From contig NC_083428.1 in the NCBI RefSeq assembly GCF_020745735.1, positions 39,928,001-39,992,000 on the forward strand: 64,000 nt of DNA. Reading direction: 5' to 3'. Origin of the DNA: Hemiscyllium ocellatum. Taxonomy: Eukaryota. The notes below the pieces were generated by a model. That model made no database searches. It was not told the DNA's origin and worked only from the letters and a program-made list of their open reading frames with translations. Positions 1 to 13,096 of the stretch are shown piece after piece. Made by a program: the position numbers and the translations under genes. Positions within the stretch are counted from its first letter, which is position 1. Each line of letters opens with the position of its first letter.

Positions 1-295
1 TTAAGTGTCCACTAGGTCATTGCTCGCTCTAGACAGTCATCCTGCTTTGCAGTTTCACCAGATTGACCCCTAATTTTTCAGTATGTTTTATGTTGCTCCA
101 AGCATGCCCTCCTGTACTCTTCATTGAGCCAGGGTTGAATGTCTGCTTTGATGTATGACTACAGTGGGGGGAATAGGCTGGGACATGAGGTTGCGGATTG
201 GAGTATGATTTTTTTGCTGCTGATGACCCCCAGTGCATTATGGGTACCTAGTATTGGGTTGGTAGATCTATTCAAAATCTGTCCCATTTAGCATG
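1..295 (-). mobile_element. Fragment of CR1/L2-group LINE (same family as 49205-50507)
   Basis: Reverse complement resembles 50150-50420 (endonuclease-RT linker region). Degraded. Confidence 0.5.
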
Positions 296-326
296 GTTTG
301 TAAAAGGTAGATGTGTCTGCACAGCA

Positions 327-1800
327 GTGTCTTCTGATGTACTCTTGCAATCTACCTCAGCAAATTTGTGCCTCATGTCTTCATAATTTTGCTTATTACA
401 AGTTAGCCCTCTTCAATCAGATTGAACTCCATCACTTTCAAACACAATGTTTTCAGGCTACTAAGCCTGTACAGGTCAGACTGTTCACATCAACAGAAAA
501 GGGAACAATATAAGAAAGGCTGAATAGGCTGGGGCTGTTTTCTCTGGAGCGTTGGTGGCTAAGGGGTGACTTATAGAATCATGAGGGGCTTGGATAGGAT
601 AAATAGACAAGGACTTTTCCCTGGGTTGGGGAGTCCAGACCTAGAGGGTATAGGTTGAGGGTAAGGGGGAGATAGGGAGCGAAGCGGTAACATTTTCATG
701 TAAAGGGTCGTGTGTGTATGGAATGAAATGTCAGAGGAAGTGGTAGAGTCTGGTACAATTACAACATTTAAAAGGCACCTGGATGGGTATATGATTAGGA
801 GGGGTTTGGAGGAAAATGGGCCAATTGCTGAACAAGATTAATTCAGGATATCTGATCGGCAAGGACGAGTTGGACGTGTTGTATATCTCTAAATGAGTGC
901 GAGCAGGGTATCTGGATTTTAAACCTACTCTACTCTGCATCAAGGTCATTGCTGTTATGACTAAGACCCTATCTCCATTTTCCTACCCATCCCTCACAAT
1001 TCTAACCTTGACATCCTGGGTTGACAGTAATCTGTTTAACTCAGCCTGGAATATATTATATAAGTGAACCTGCACTGCATTTTGGGGAAAAGAATAATAA
1101 CCCTACAAGAGAAGAAATTACTCATCTTCATCTGAAATGGGAAACCTTTAAATTTTAAACTGTGTTCTCTAGTCTGGATTTCCCCATGAGGTGAAATATT
1201 CTCTAAACACCTACCCAATGAAATCCCTGCATTACCTGATATTTCAATCGGATCATCTCATGATTGTCTCAACTCCAAATTGATAGGCCCAATTTCCTTG
1301 ATCTCTCTGTTCAGAAAACAACACTTTCACACCTGGATTCAGCTTTATAAACCTCCTGAGTCCAGTGCAAATCTATTCTTTCTTTAGGAGACCAGACTGC
1401 AAAGAATACTCTTCTTAGAGTCTCACCATTACCCTGAAGGATACAGTCTCCTTAATATTCCATTCCCTTAAATAAATTCCAACTTTTCAATTGCTTCCCT
1501 AATTACTTGCTGTATCTGCATCTTTAGAAAAACTGCCTCAATAATTACCTGCCCTGTCCTGATGGTGTCTCTCACATCCATCATTTGCACTATCTTACCA
1601 AGCACCATTCTTGGAAGAACTCGACACTCAGCAGGTATCTGCTGAAACACCAGCATCTTTTGTCCCACCATCTTTAAAAGTCTGTTGTGAACCTTGATGA
1701 TCACTGACATTCTGAAGGTGCGCTGCCTGTTGACAAACAGTATCTGACAGAATCTGAACATGGCATTGCGTCATAGATTCATACAGCAAGGAAACAGAGC
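327..1800 (+). repeat. Copy 1 of an old dispersed duplication (partner 32820-33700), containing CR1 3' fragments
   Basis: Collinear blocks, e.g. CTTCATAATTTTGCTT (379/32872), TCACTTTCAAACA (432/32925), CTAAGCCTGTACARGTCAGACTGTT (461/32954). Confidence 0.85.
510..900 (+). mobile_element. CR1 LINE 3' fragment
   Basis: Matches the CR1 3' ends at 50570-51060 and 57800-58570. Present only in copy 1 of the duplication. Confidence 0.75.
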
Positions 1801-2757
1801 CTTTGGTCCAACTCGTCCGTAATGACAAGGTACCACTTCCTCTAGTGGTTTGTTCCACACACCCACCAGTCTCTGTGTGAAAAAGATGCTCCTCAGGGTT
1901 CTTTTAAATCCTTTCACTTTCACTATAAACCTATTCCCTCTACTTTCGGACTCCCTTTCCCGGGAAGAAGACTTGGGATATTCATTTATCTATGCCCTCA
2001 TGATTTTATAAACCTATAAGGTTATCCCACAGCCTCCAGGGAAAAAAAAGTTTCTGCATATCCAATCTTGCCTCATAACTCAAACTCTCCAATATTTGTA
2101 ACATCCTTATCATTCCTTTTTGCACTCTTTTCAGTTGAGTAACATCCTTCCGAACGGCAGGGTGAGCAGACTTGTACGCAGTACTCCTAGTGAGGCCTTA
2201 TCAATGCCTTGTACAGCTGTAATGTAATGTCCTAACAGTCCTCTGACCAATGAAGCCAAATGTGCCAAATGCCTTCTTCACCACCTTGTCTACCTGTGAC
2301 ACCACATTTAAGAAACCACGTCCCTGCCCCCCGAGTTCTCTCTGGTCACCAACATTTCCCAAGGCCCTATCAGTAACTGTGTAAGTCTTGCCATGGTTAT
2401 ATTTTGCATTTATCTAACTTCAACTCTACCTGCCACTCCTCAGACCACCGACCCAGATGATCAAGATCCCATCGTTCTATTAGAAAATCTTCCCCATTTT
2501 CCACTATCCCAACAATTTTGGTGTCATCCGCAAGCTTATTAATCATACATCCTATCTTCTCATCCAAATCATTGATATAAATGATGAACAACAGTGGATC
2601 CAGCACTGATTCTTGTGGTACACCACTGGGCACAGTCCTTCAGGCGGAAAGCAAACCTCTACCTCCACCCTCTGGCTCTCACCGTCAAGTCAATTGTGAA
2701 CTGTCTCTGGATTCTGTATGATCTAACCTTACTAATCAGTCAACCATGCAGAATCTT

Positions 2758-3054
2758 GGGCGGCATGGTGGCACAGTGGTTAGCACTGCTGCCTCACAGC
2801 TCCAGAGACCCAACTTCAATTCCCGCCTCAGGCAACTGACTGTGTGGAGTTTGCACATTCTCCCTGTGTCTGCATGGGTTTCCTCCGGGTGCTCTGGTTT
2901 CCTCCCACAGTCCAAAAATGAGCAGGTTGGTGAATTGGCCATGCTAAATTGTGCAGGGGCAGGGGTAAATGTAGCAGAATGGGTCTGAGTGGGTTGCGCG
3001 TCGGTGTGGACTTGTTGGGCCGAAGTGCCTGTTTCCACACTGTAGGTAATCTAA
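2758..3054 (+). mobile_element. HE1-type tRNA-derived SINE
   Basis: Head GGCATGGTGGCACAGTGGTTAGCACTGCTGCCTCACAGC and CR1-like tail ending GTAATCTAA. Many near-identical copies in the window. Confidence 0.85.
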
Positions 3055-3790
3055 CCTTATTATAAAATTTGTGTAGACAATGTTTACAGTTCTGTCTTCA
3101 GCTATATTCTTGGTCACCTCTTCAAACATCCCAAACAAGTTTGTTGGACATGATTTCCCATGCACAGAGCAATTCTAGCTATCCCTAATTAGACCTTATA
3201 AATCCTGTCTCTTAGAATCCCCACCACTGACATAAGACTCACTGGTCTATAATTCCCTGGCTTTTCCTTGAGGGCTTTTTTAAATAATGGCACAATATTA
3301 GCTGCTCTTCAGTCTTCTCACACCTCACCCATGTCTGTAGATGATAGAACTACCTCTGGTGTGGATATCTCTGCTGTGGGCCCCTGCAGTTTCTTCCCCA
3401 GCTTCTCACTATGTCCTGAGATTATCTAACGTTGTGCATTTTAAGACCTCCAGCATCTCCTCCTCATATTGTGGATTATTTTCAGGACAAAACCATTTAC
3501 TTCCTTGAGTTCTCTAGCTTCCATTCCCTTCTCCACAGTAAATACTGATGTGAAGTACTCATTTAAGATCTCACCCATCTCCTGTACAGATGGCCTTGTT
3601 GGTCTTCAAGGGGCCCTATTCTCTCCCTGATTATTATTTTGCCCTTAATATACATGCCGAATCACTTCAGGTTCTCATTGACCTTATGTGGCATCCTGAT
3701 CTCCCTCTTAAGCGTATGCCTGCACCCCTTATGCTCCTCAAATGATTCATTTGATTCCAGCTGTCTACCCCTGACATAAGTTTCTTTTGT

Positions 3791-6090
3791 AGGAGAAAGT
3801 GAGGACTGCAGATGCTGGAATACCAGAGTTGAAAAATGTGGTGCTGGAAAAACACAGCAGGCTAGGCAGCATCCGAGGAGCAGGAGAATCGATGTTTCGG
3901 GCATAAGCCCTTCTTCAGGAATGAGGCTGGTGTGCCAAGTGGGCTGAGATAAAAGGTAGGGGGAGAGAATTTGGGGGAGGGGCGCTGGAAGGAGATGAGG
4001 GTGAGGGTGAGGGTGATAGGCCGGAGAGAGGGTGGGGGCGGAGAGGTCGGGAAGAAGATTGCAGGTCAAGAAAGCGGTGCTGAGTCCGAGGGTTGGGACT
4101 GAGATAAGGTGGGGGGAGGGGAAATGAGGAAGCTGGAGAAATCTGCATTCATCCCTTGTGGTTGGAGGGTTCTTAGGCGGAAAATGAGGCGCTCTTCCTC
4201 CAGGCGTCATGTGGCCAGGGTCTTGCGATGGAGGAGGCCAAGGACCTGCATGTCATTGGCGGAGTGGGAGGGGGAGTTAAAGTGTTCAGGCACAGGGCGG
4301 TTGGGTTGGTTGGTGCTGGTGTCCCAGAAGTGTTCCCTGAAATGTTCCACAAGTAGGTGGCCTATCTCTCCAAAATAGAGGAGACCACTTCGGGTGCAGC
4401 GGATACAGTAAATGATGTGTGTGGAGGTGCAGGTGAACTTGCGATGGATATAGAAGGATCCATTGGGGCCTTGGAGGGAACTGAGGGGGGAGGTTTGGGC
4501 GCAAGCTTTGCACTTCTTGCGGTTGCAGGGGAAGGTGCTGGGAGTGGAGGTTGGGTTGGTGGGGGGTGTGGACCTGATGAGGGAGTTGCAGAGCGAGTGG
4601 TCCCTCCTGAATGCTGATAAGTGTGGAGAGGGAAATATATCCCTGGTGGTGGGGTCTGTCTGGGGTGGTGAGGTGGCGGAAATGACGGAGGATGATACGA
4701 TATATCCGGAGGTTGGTGGGGTGGTAGGTGAAGACCAGTGAGGTTCTGTCCTGGTGGCGATTGGAGGGGTGGGGCTCAAGGGTGGAGGTACGAGAAGTGG
4801 AGGAGATGTGGTGGAGAGTGTCGTCGACCACGTCGGAGGGAAAATTGTGGGCTTTGAAGCAGGAGGCCATCTGGGTTGTTTGGTATTGGAATTGGTCCTT
4901 CTGGGAGCAGATGCAGTGGAGGCTGAGGAATTGGGAATATCGGATGGCGTTTGTACAGGGGGCAGGGTGGGAGGAGGTGTAATCTAGGTAGCTGTGGGAG
5001 TCGGTCGGTTTGTAGTAAATGTCTGTGTTGATTCGGTGCCCTGAGATAGAAATGGAGAGGTCTAGGAAGGGGAGGGAGGAGTCTGAGACGGTCCAGGTAA
5101 ATTTGAGGTTGGGGTGGAAGGTGTTAGTAAAGTGGATGAATTGTTCAACCTCCTCGTGGGAGCACAAGATAGTGCCAATACAATCATTAATGTAGCGGAG
5201 GAGAAAGTGGGGTGTGGTGCCAGTGTAGCTGCGGAAGGTGGACTGTTCCACATATCTGACGAAGAGGCAGGCATAGCTGGGGCCCATGCGGGTGCCCATG
5301 GCTACTCCTTTGGTTTGGAGGAAGTGGGAGGATTGGAAAGAGAAGTTGTTAAGAGTGAGGACCAGTTCAGTCAGTTGAAGGAGGGTGTCAGTGGAAGGTA
5401 CTGGTTGGGTCGGCGGGAGAGGAAGAAGCGGAGGGCTTGGAGGCCTTCATGATGGGGAATGGAAGTGTATAGGGACTGGATGTCCATGGTGAAGATAAGG
5501 TGTTGGGGGCCGGGGAAGCGAAAATCATGGAGGAGGTGGAGGGCGTGGGTGGTGTCCTGAACGTAGGGGGGTCTTCTTAGACTAAGGGGGACAGGACATT
5601 ATCGAGGTATGCAGAGATGAGCTCGGTGGGGCAGGAGCAGGCTGGGGCAATGGGTCGGCCGGGGCAGTCGGGTTTGTGGATTTTGGGCAGGAGGTAGAAA
5701 CGGGCGGTGCGGGGTTGTGGGACTGTGAGTTTGGAGGCGGTGGATGGGAGATCCCCTGAGGTGATGAGGTCATAGATGGTCTGGGAGATGATGATTTGGT
5801 GGTGTGAGGTGGGGTCATGGTCAAGGGGGCAGTACAAAGAGGTGTCCACAAGTTAGCGTCTAGCTTCAGTGGTGTAAAGATCGGTGCGCCAAACTAGCAA
5901 CGTGCCTCCCTTGTCTGCGGTTTGATGGTGAGATTGGGGTTGGAGCGGAGGGAGTGGAGGTCTGTGTGTTGTGAGGGTGAGAGGTTGGAGTGGGTGAGAG
6001 GGGTGGACAGGTTGAGGCGGTCAATGTTGTGGCGGCAGTTAGATATGAAGAGATCGAGGGCGGGTAAGAGGCCAGCACGGGGTGTTCAGG
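3791..6090 (-). mobile_element. Penelope-like retroelement (RT + GIY-YIG endonuclease, 3' pLTR with hammerhead motif), frameshifted
   Basis: MGTRMGPSYACLF RT motif; FTCTSTHIIYCIRC...EHFNSPSHS GIY-YIG motif; minus-strand CTGAAGAAGGGCTTATGCCCGAAACATC at about 3890-3918. Confidence 0.9.
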
Positions 6091-6553
6091 TCAATATCTC
6101 TAGTCATCCAGTGTTTCCTACTCCTGCCAGGAGGACTGTTCACACTAATAGGAACATGTTGTTTCTGAACTCACGTTATCTCACTTTTGAAAGCCTCCCA
6201 CTTGCTAGACATCCCTTGACTTGTGAACAGTATCCCCTCAATCAATTTCTGTAACTTTCTGTCTAATACCATCAAAATTATCCTTGCCCCAATTTAGAAT
6301 TTTAATTTGTGGACCAGGCCTTTTCTTTTCCATAATGATTTTAAAACTAATTGAATTAAGGTCACCGGGTCCAAAGTATTACCCCACTAACACTTCAGTC
6401 ACTTGCCCTTCCTTATTTCCCAAGGGCAGTTTGAGTTTTGCCCTGTCTCTGGTAGGGCCATCTACACACTGATTGAGAAACAATTCTTGAACATGCTCAC
6501 AAAACCCCTCCCCATCTAAGCTCTGAATGCTATGATAGTCCCAATCTATGTGT

Positions 6554-6867
6554 GATTAGATTAGATTCCATACAGCGTAGAAACAGGTCCTTTGGCCCAA
6601 CAAGTCCACACCGACCCTCCGAAGAGTAACCCACACAGACCCATTTCCCTCTGACTAATGCACCTAACACTATGGGCAATTTAGCATGGCCAATTCACCT
6701 GGCCTGCACATCTTTGGACTGTGGGAGGAAACCGGAGCACCCGGAGGAAACATGGGGAGAATGTGCAAATGCCACACAGACAAGGCTGGAAGGTTCAAGG
6801 CTGGAATTGAACCTGGGATCCTGGTGCTGTGAGGCAGCAGTGCTAACCACTGAGCCACCGTGCCACC
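6554..6867 (-). mobile_element. HE1-type SINE
   Basis: Reverse complement of the 2758-3054 family with a (TAATC)n tail. Confidence 0.85.
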
Positions 6868-6959
6868 GAAAGTTAAAATCCCCTATTATTACAACTCTAT
6901 GATTCTTACAGCTTTCTCCAATCTCTCTACATTGGTGCTCCACATCTCCGTACAAGCGG

Positions 6960-9900
6960 TCTTTTTGCAGCAGAGCGCGGTGGGAGCTGGGCGGAAGTAA
7001 GGTCAGAGCACAGAGGCTGTTGGGAAGGTTAGTGATTGCTATTTAAGTAGGCGTGTTCTAGGCCCCAGACACTACACTACACAGTAGGGCCTCCCTCCCA
7101 CCTTCCTCCTCTAACCTAATTAAGAGTCCACTGTCTCGCAGCACAAACAAAGGAGTCGGAGGAAGTGTCTGGTGAGAAAAGTGCGAGTCTTTGGCTCAGG
7201 AATCTTTGGTGAAGAGGCCGAGTGAGGAGTTGAAGAGGGTGAAGACATGACTGCCAAAATGATTCAGTGTGCTGCATGCATGATGTGGGAGGTGAGGGAC
7301 ATTGATGGTGTCTCTGGCTCCTATAGCAGTGGAAAGTGTGTATACTTTCAGCTTCTGAAGGAGTATATTGCAGCACTGAAGAAAGAACTCGATGACCTCA
7401 TCTGAGAGAATGAGAATTTTCTAGACAGGACCTTCAGCGAAATCATTACACCAAGCATACCAGAAGAGAAAAGGGAGATGACGATGAGGAAGGAAGAGAT
7501 GATTCGAGTACAAGAGACCCCGGGGGAAGTACCTCTCGTGAACAGCTGAACTCTCTTGGAAGAGACAGACGTCACTGCCAGTCCGAGAGGCGGACAGGTC
7601 TGCCAATCGAAAATTGGCATGGAGGCAGAGCCGAGGAGACAGACATCACACAGAGCTGTGGTAATAGGGGACTCCACAGTGAGAGGGACTGAAAGGGACT
7701 TCTGCGACAATAAGCGGGATTTGAGGATGGTGTGTTGCCTTCCTGGTGCCAGGATCCAGGATGTCACTGACAGAGTGCAGGGAATCCTCAAGGGCGAAGG
7801 TGAAGAGCCAGGGGTGGTGGTGCATGTTGGCGCAAATAACGTCAGGAAAAGAGGAGGGATATTCTACAGCGGGACTTAGGAGAACTCGGAAAAAGGCCGA
7901 AAAGCAGCACTTCCAGGGTGATTATCTCCAGTTTGCTTCCAATTCCTAGAGCTGGAGAGGGCAGGAAGAGGGAGGTAATGGACTTAAATGTGTGGCTGAG
8001 GAACTAGTGCAGGAAGCAAGGATTTAAATTCTTGGATCACTGGGGTATATTTTGCGGTCAGGATAAATTATACAAGAGGGAAGGGTTGCACCTTAATTGG
8101 TGGGGGAACCAGCATTCTGGCAGGCAGGTTTGCCACTACAACACAGAGGTGTTTAAACTAAGTAGTAGGGGAGAGGGGACAAACTGGAAATTTAAGAAGG
8201 AAGTTAAAGGGAAAGCAAAAATAAGAGAAGTTAAGAAAGACAATAGAATCAACAGAGCAGAAAACTCAAGAACGGATCATACAGTATGGTCAAATGCAAT
8301 GGGGATTAATAGGAAGGGTGAGGGAAGTAACAAATTAAAAATATTATATATATGAATGCACGAAGCATAAGAAATAAGGCGGATGAGCTTGAGGCTCAGT
8401 TGGAAATTGGCAGGTATGATGTTGTGGGGATAACTGAGATGTGGCTTCAAGTGGACAAGGCTTGGGAAATGAATATTCAAGGCTGTACATGCTATCGAAA
8501 GGACAGACTGACGGGCAGGGGGGGTGGGATGGCTCTGTTGGTGAGGAATGATATTCAGTCCCTTGCAAGGGGGATATAGAATCTGGAGATATAGAGTCAG
8601 TATGGATAGAGCTGAGAGATTCGAAGGGTGGAAAGATTCTAATGGGAGTTATCTACAGACCCCCAAACAGTAGTCTGCATGTAGGGTGTAAGTTGAATAA
8701 GGAGTTGAAATCGGCCTGTCGCAAAGGTATTAGTACAGTTGTTATGGGGGATTTCAACAGACTGGGAGAATCAGAATGGCGCTGGACCCCAAGAAAGGGA
8801 GTTTGTGGAGTGCCTCTGAGATGGATTCTTAGAACAGCTTGTACTGGAGCCTACCAGGGAGAAGGCAATTCTGGATCTGTGGAACAAACAGGATTTGATC
8901 AGGGACCTCGAAGTAAAGGAGCGATTAGGAGGTAGTGACCATAATATGATAAGTTTAAATCTGCAATTTGGGAGGGAGGAGTGAGAATCGGAAATGTCAG
9001 TATTGCAGTTGAACAAAAGGAACTATGGAGCTATGATGGAGGAGCTGGCCAAAGTTCAATGGTTCCATCCCCTAGCAGGGATGGCAGTGGAACAACAATG
9101 GCAGGTATTTCTGGATATAATGCAGAAGGTGCAGGATCAGTTCATTCCAAAGAGGAAGAAAGATCCTAAAGGGAGGCAGGAGTGGCCGTGGCTGACGAGG
9201 GAAATTTAGGACTGTATAAAGATAAAAGAGAAGAAGCATAACATAGCAAAGATGAGCAGGAAGCTAGAGGCCTAGGCAACTTTTAAAGAGCAATAGAGGA
9301 TGACTAAAAGGGCGAAAAAATGAGGTATGAAGGCATAGTGGCCAAAAATATAAAGGAGGATAGTAAAAGCTTTTTCAGGTATGTGAATTGTAAAGAAATA
9401 GTTAAGACTATAATTGGGCACTTGAAGACAAAAACATATGAATTTATTATGGGGAACAAGGAAATGGCAGAAGAGTTGAAAAGATACTTTGGATCTGTCT
9501 TCACTGGGGAAGATACAAGCAATCTCCCAGATGTAATAGTGGCTGAAGGACCGAGGGTAATGGATGAACTGAAGGGAATTTATATTAGGCAAGAAATGGT
9601 ATTGGATAGACTGTTAGGTCTGAAGGCTGATAAATCCCTGGGACATGATGGTCTGCTTCGCAGGGTACTTAAGGAGGTGGCTGTAGAAATTGTGGAAGCA
9701 TTGGTAAACATTTTTCAATATTCTATCGATTCAGGATCAGTTTTGTGGATTGGAGGATGGCTAATGTTGTCTCAGTTTTCAAGAAAGGAGGGAGAGAGAA
9801 AACAGGAATTATAGATCCGTCAGCCTGACGTCAGTGGTGGGAAAGATGCTGGAGTCAATTATAAAAGATGAAATTACAACTCATTTGGATAGCAGTAACA

Positions 9901-11186
9901 GGATAGGTCAGTCAGCATGAGTTAATGGAGGGGAAATAGTGCTTGACCAATCTTCTGGAATTTTTTTGAGGATGTAACTATGAAGATGGACAAGGGAGAG
10001 CCAGTGGATGTAGTGTACCTGGACTTTCAGAAAGCCTTTGATAAAGTCCCACATTGGAGATTAGTGAGCAAAATTAGGGCATGTGATCTTGGGGCAAAAT
10101 ACTGACTTGGATTAAAAATTGGCTAGCTGACAGGAAGCAAAGAGTTGTGATAAATGGTCCCTTTTGGAATGGCAGGCGGTGGACTGTGGGGTACCACAAG
10201 GTTCGGTGCTGGGACCGCAGCTGTTTACAATATACATTAAGGATATAGATGAAGGCAGTAGAAGTAATACTAGCAGATTTGCTGATGACACAAAGCTGGG
10301 TGGCAGGGTGAAATGTGAGGAGGATGTGATGAGAATACAGGGTGACTTGGACAGGCTAGGTAAATGGACAGATGCATGGCAGATGCAGTTTAATGTGGAT
10401 AAATGTATGGTTATCCACTTTGGTGGCAAGAACAGGAAGGCAGATTACTATCTAAATGGAGTCAAGTTAGGTAAAGGGGTAGTACCGTGAGATCTAGGTG
10501 TTCTTGTACATCAGTTGATGAAAGCAAGCATGCAGGTACAGCAGGCAGTGAAGAAAGATATTGGAATGCTAGCCTTCCTAACAAGAGGAATTGAGTATAG
10601 TAGCAAAGGGGTCCTTCTGCAGGTGTACAGGGCCCTGGTGAGACTGCAGCCTTGATCTCCAAATTTGAGGAAGGACATTCTGGCTATTGAGAGAGTGCAG
10701 TAGGTTCACAAGGTCAATTCCTGGAATGGCGGGACTATCATATGTTGAAAGATTGGAGTGACTGGGCTTGTATACACTTGAGTTTAGAAGGATGAGAGGA
10801 GATCTGATTGAGACGGATCAGATTATTAATGGATTGGTCATTCTGGAGGTAGGAAGCCTGTTTCCGCTGATGGGTGAGTGCAGAGCAAGAGGACACAATT
10901 TAAAAATAAGGGATAGGTCATTTAGAACAGAGTTGAGGAGAAACTTCTTCACCCAGAGAGTGGTGGGTGTATAGAATGCTCTGCCCCAGAAGGCTGTGGA
11001 GGCCATGTCTCTGGATATTTTCAAGAAAGAAATGGATGGAGCTCTTAAAGATAGTGGAGTCAAGGGTTATGGGGATAAGGCAGGAACAGGATACTGATTG
11101 TGGATGATCAGCCATGATCATAATGAATGGTGGTGCAGGCTCGAAGGGCTGAATGGCCTTCTCCTGCACCTATTGTCAATTGTCTA
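6960..11186 (+). mobile_element. Near full-length CR1 LINE (ORF1 with SGNH esterase domain; ORF2 APE + RT), inactivated
   Basis: ORF1 begins at 7247 (MTAKMIQCAAC) and contains VVIGDSTVRG...CCLPGARIQD...VHVGANN. ORF2 has LYMNARSIRNK...GITEMW and GVPQGSVLGP...FADDTKLG. Many stops and frameshifts. Confidence 0.9.
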
Positions 11187-11199
11187 CATATTTACTCCT

Positions 11200-13080
11200 C
11201 AATTTCCCACTGACTATTGGCGGGGAGGGGAGTGGGTATAGTACAGTCCCATCAATTTGTCACTCCTCCTTATTTCTCAGTTCCACCCATGTAGCTTCAC
11301 TGAACAATCCCTCAAGAATGTCCTCTCTAAGCATCACCGTGATGTTTTCCTTAATCAAAAATGCCACTACCCCTCCGTTCTTGCCTAAGCTGTTAGACTT
11401 CTTGCATTGAAATAAATGCCGTTTAATTCATTAGTCTTCCCTTGTTCTCTGCCCTGCTCTTGTCTGCCTTGTTTATTTAACTTGCTCTCTCTAACTTCTG
11501 CATCTCAATCTTCTCTCTTGTTTCACTACTGCTTAGAGCCTGCCCCACCCCATCTCCAGACTAGTTTAAACTCTCCCATGTAGCTCTAGCAAAGTGCCCC
11601 TCCAGTTCAGGTGCAACATGTCCCTCTTGAACAGGTCACGTCTGGCCCAGAAGATCTCACAATGATCCAAAAATCTGAATCCCTGTCCCCTGCACCAGCT
11701 CCTCAGCCACAAATGCATCTGCCTGATACTTTTATTCCTTGCCTCACCAGCGTGTGGCACTGGGATTAATTCAGAGATTATTACCCTTCAGGTCTGGCTT
11801 TTAGCCACCTGCCAAACTCCCACTATTCACTCTGCAGGACCTCATCCCTTTTCCTACCTGTGATGTTGGTACCAATGTGTACAATGACCTCATGCTGCCC
11901 TTTGACAATTTGCTGCAACTCCTCCAAGACGTCCTTAGTCCTGTCACCAGGAGGCAATAAACCATCCTGAAATCTTCCTTGTGACCACAGAAATGGCTGT
12001 CTGTGCTCCTGAAGCTCATTTGGACTTGGCCAAACCCTGCTTACCGCAAAGCTAGTCATGGAGTCGAATAGAGGCCCAGTTGAAGTAAATGTTCCTCATA
12101 AGACAGTGACAAAACTCCCAGTATCAGCCGAATATAACCTCCACCATACTCCGTCCATGACAAGTCTATGCTTTCCTCAATGGAGAGACCAAAACTGTGC
12201 ACACATGGTCTTACCAAGGCCCTGTGTAACTGCAGTATGTCAGCCCTACTTCTGAATTCCAATCCTCTTACAATGAAAGCCAAAATGAAATTAGCCATTC
12301 TAATTGCTTGCTGTACCTGCCTATTTACTTTCATTGACTGTGATACGTGGACACCCAGATCTCTGTCTCTCTGTTCATACTTGCCAATGTATTATCATTT
12401 AAATAAAACTCTTCCTTTCTGATTTCCACACCAAAATTTACAACGTCGCATTTAGCTCCAATGTGATGTGCCTGCCATGAGTTTGCCCACTCACTCATGT
12501 TGAGTAAATCACTTGTAAGTCTCTTTTCATCCTTCCTCACAATTCACAATCCTGCTTCGTTTTGTGTTGTCAGTAGTTTCATTATTTAGGTCAATTGTAT
12601 ATATCGCAAATAGCAAAGCTTGCAGTATCCCAATCGTCACTTCGTGACCCTCAGAAAACATTTATTCCCACTCTCTGTTTCCTGTCTCTCAAACAACTCC
12701 TGATCTATGCCGATATATTATTTCTTATCCAATCTGCTTTCACTTTGCACACTAATGTCTCACCAGGGATTGTAGCAAAAACTGTCTAATAGTGCAAATG
12801 CACCAATTCCACTGGGTCTCCCTTATCTACTCGATTTGAGGCATTGTCAAAAAGCTCCATCAGCATGTTTAAGCATGGATTGTCTTTCCTAAACCTATGC
12901 TGGCTTTGTGCAATCTCACCAATGTTTTACAAATATTCTTTTATTATTGTCTCTAGCATTTTGTCCCACGACCGATATTAGTCTATTTGGTTTGTAATTC
13001 ACTGTATGTTTTCTTTCTCCCTCCCTTTGTTAATACTGGATTACATTTGTCACTGTCCAATCTGCAGTAACTGTTTGAGA
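11200..13080 (-). mobile_element. CR1 LINE fragments (ORF1 esterase piece 11570-12060; RT piece 12060-13080)
   Basis: WLRSWCRGQGFRFLDH and EVIVHIGTN ORF1 motifs; QQAIRMANFILAFIVRGLEFRS ORF2 C-terminal motif. Confidence 0.7.
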
Positions 13081-13096
13081 ATCCAGAGGATTCTAC

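Larger units (their letters stand above)
1775..6950 (-). mobile_element. Old degraded CR1 LINE (EN to 3' tail), interrupted by two SINEs and a Penelope element
   Basis: RT motif SGVPQESVLDPLLFIIYINDLD...KLADDTK (2397-2633), EN motif VVIIGDFN (about 6870-6950), CR1 tail near 1775. Confidence 0.8.

Noticed and set aside
2736-3040. Recurrent similar ORFs (e.g. MGNLAWPIH..., MVAQWLALL...) across the window
   Set aside because: They are translations of the non-coding HE1-type SINE, not a gene family or CRISPR-like array.
3955-4130. G-quadruplex-like G tracts
   Set aside because: Explained by the strand skew of the Penelope 3' region; no locus-specific evidence.
4109-6254. Several long plus-strand ORFs (G/E/V-rich) in the ORF track
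   Set aside because: They are antisense shadows of the C-rich Penelope ORF, not independent genes.
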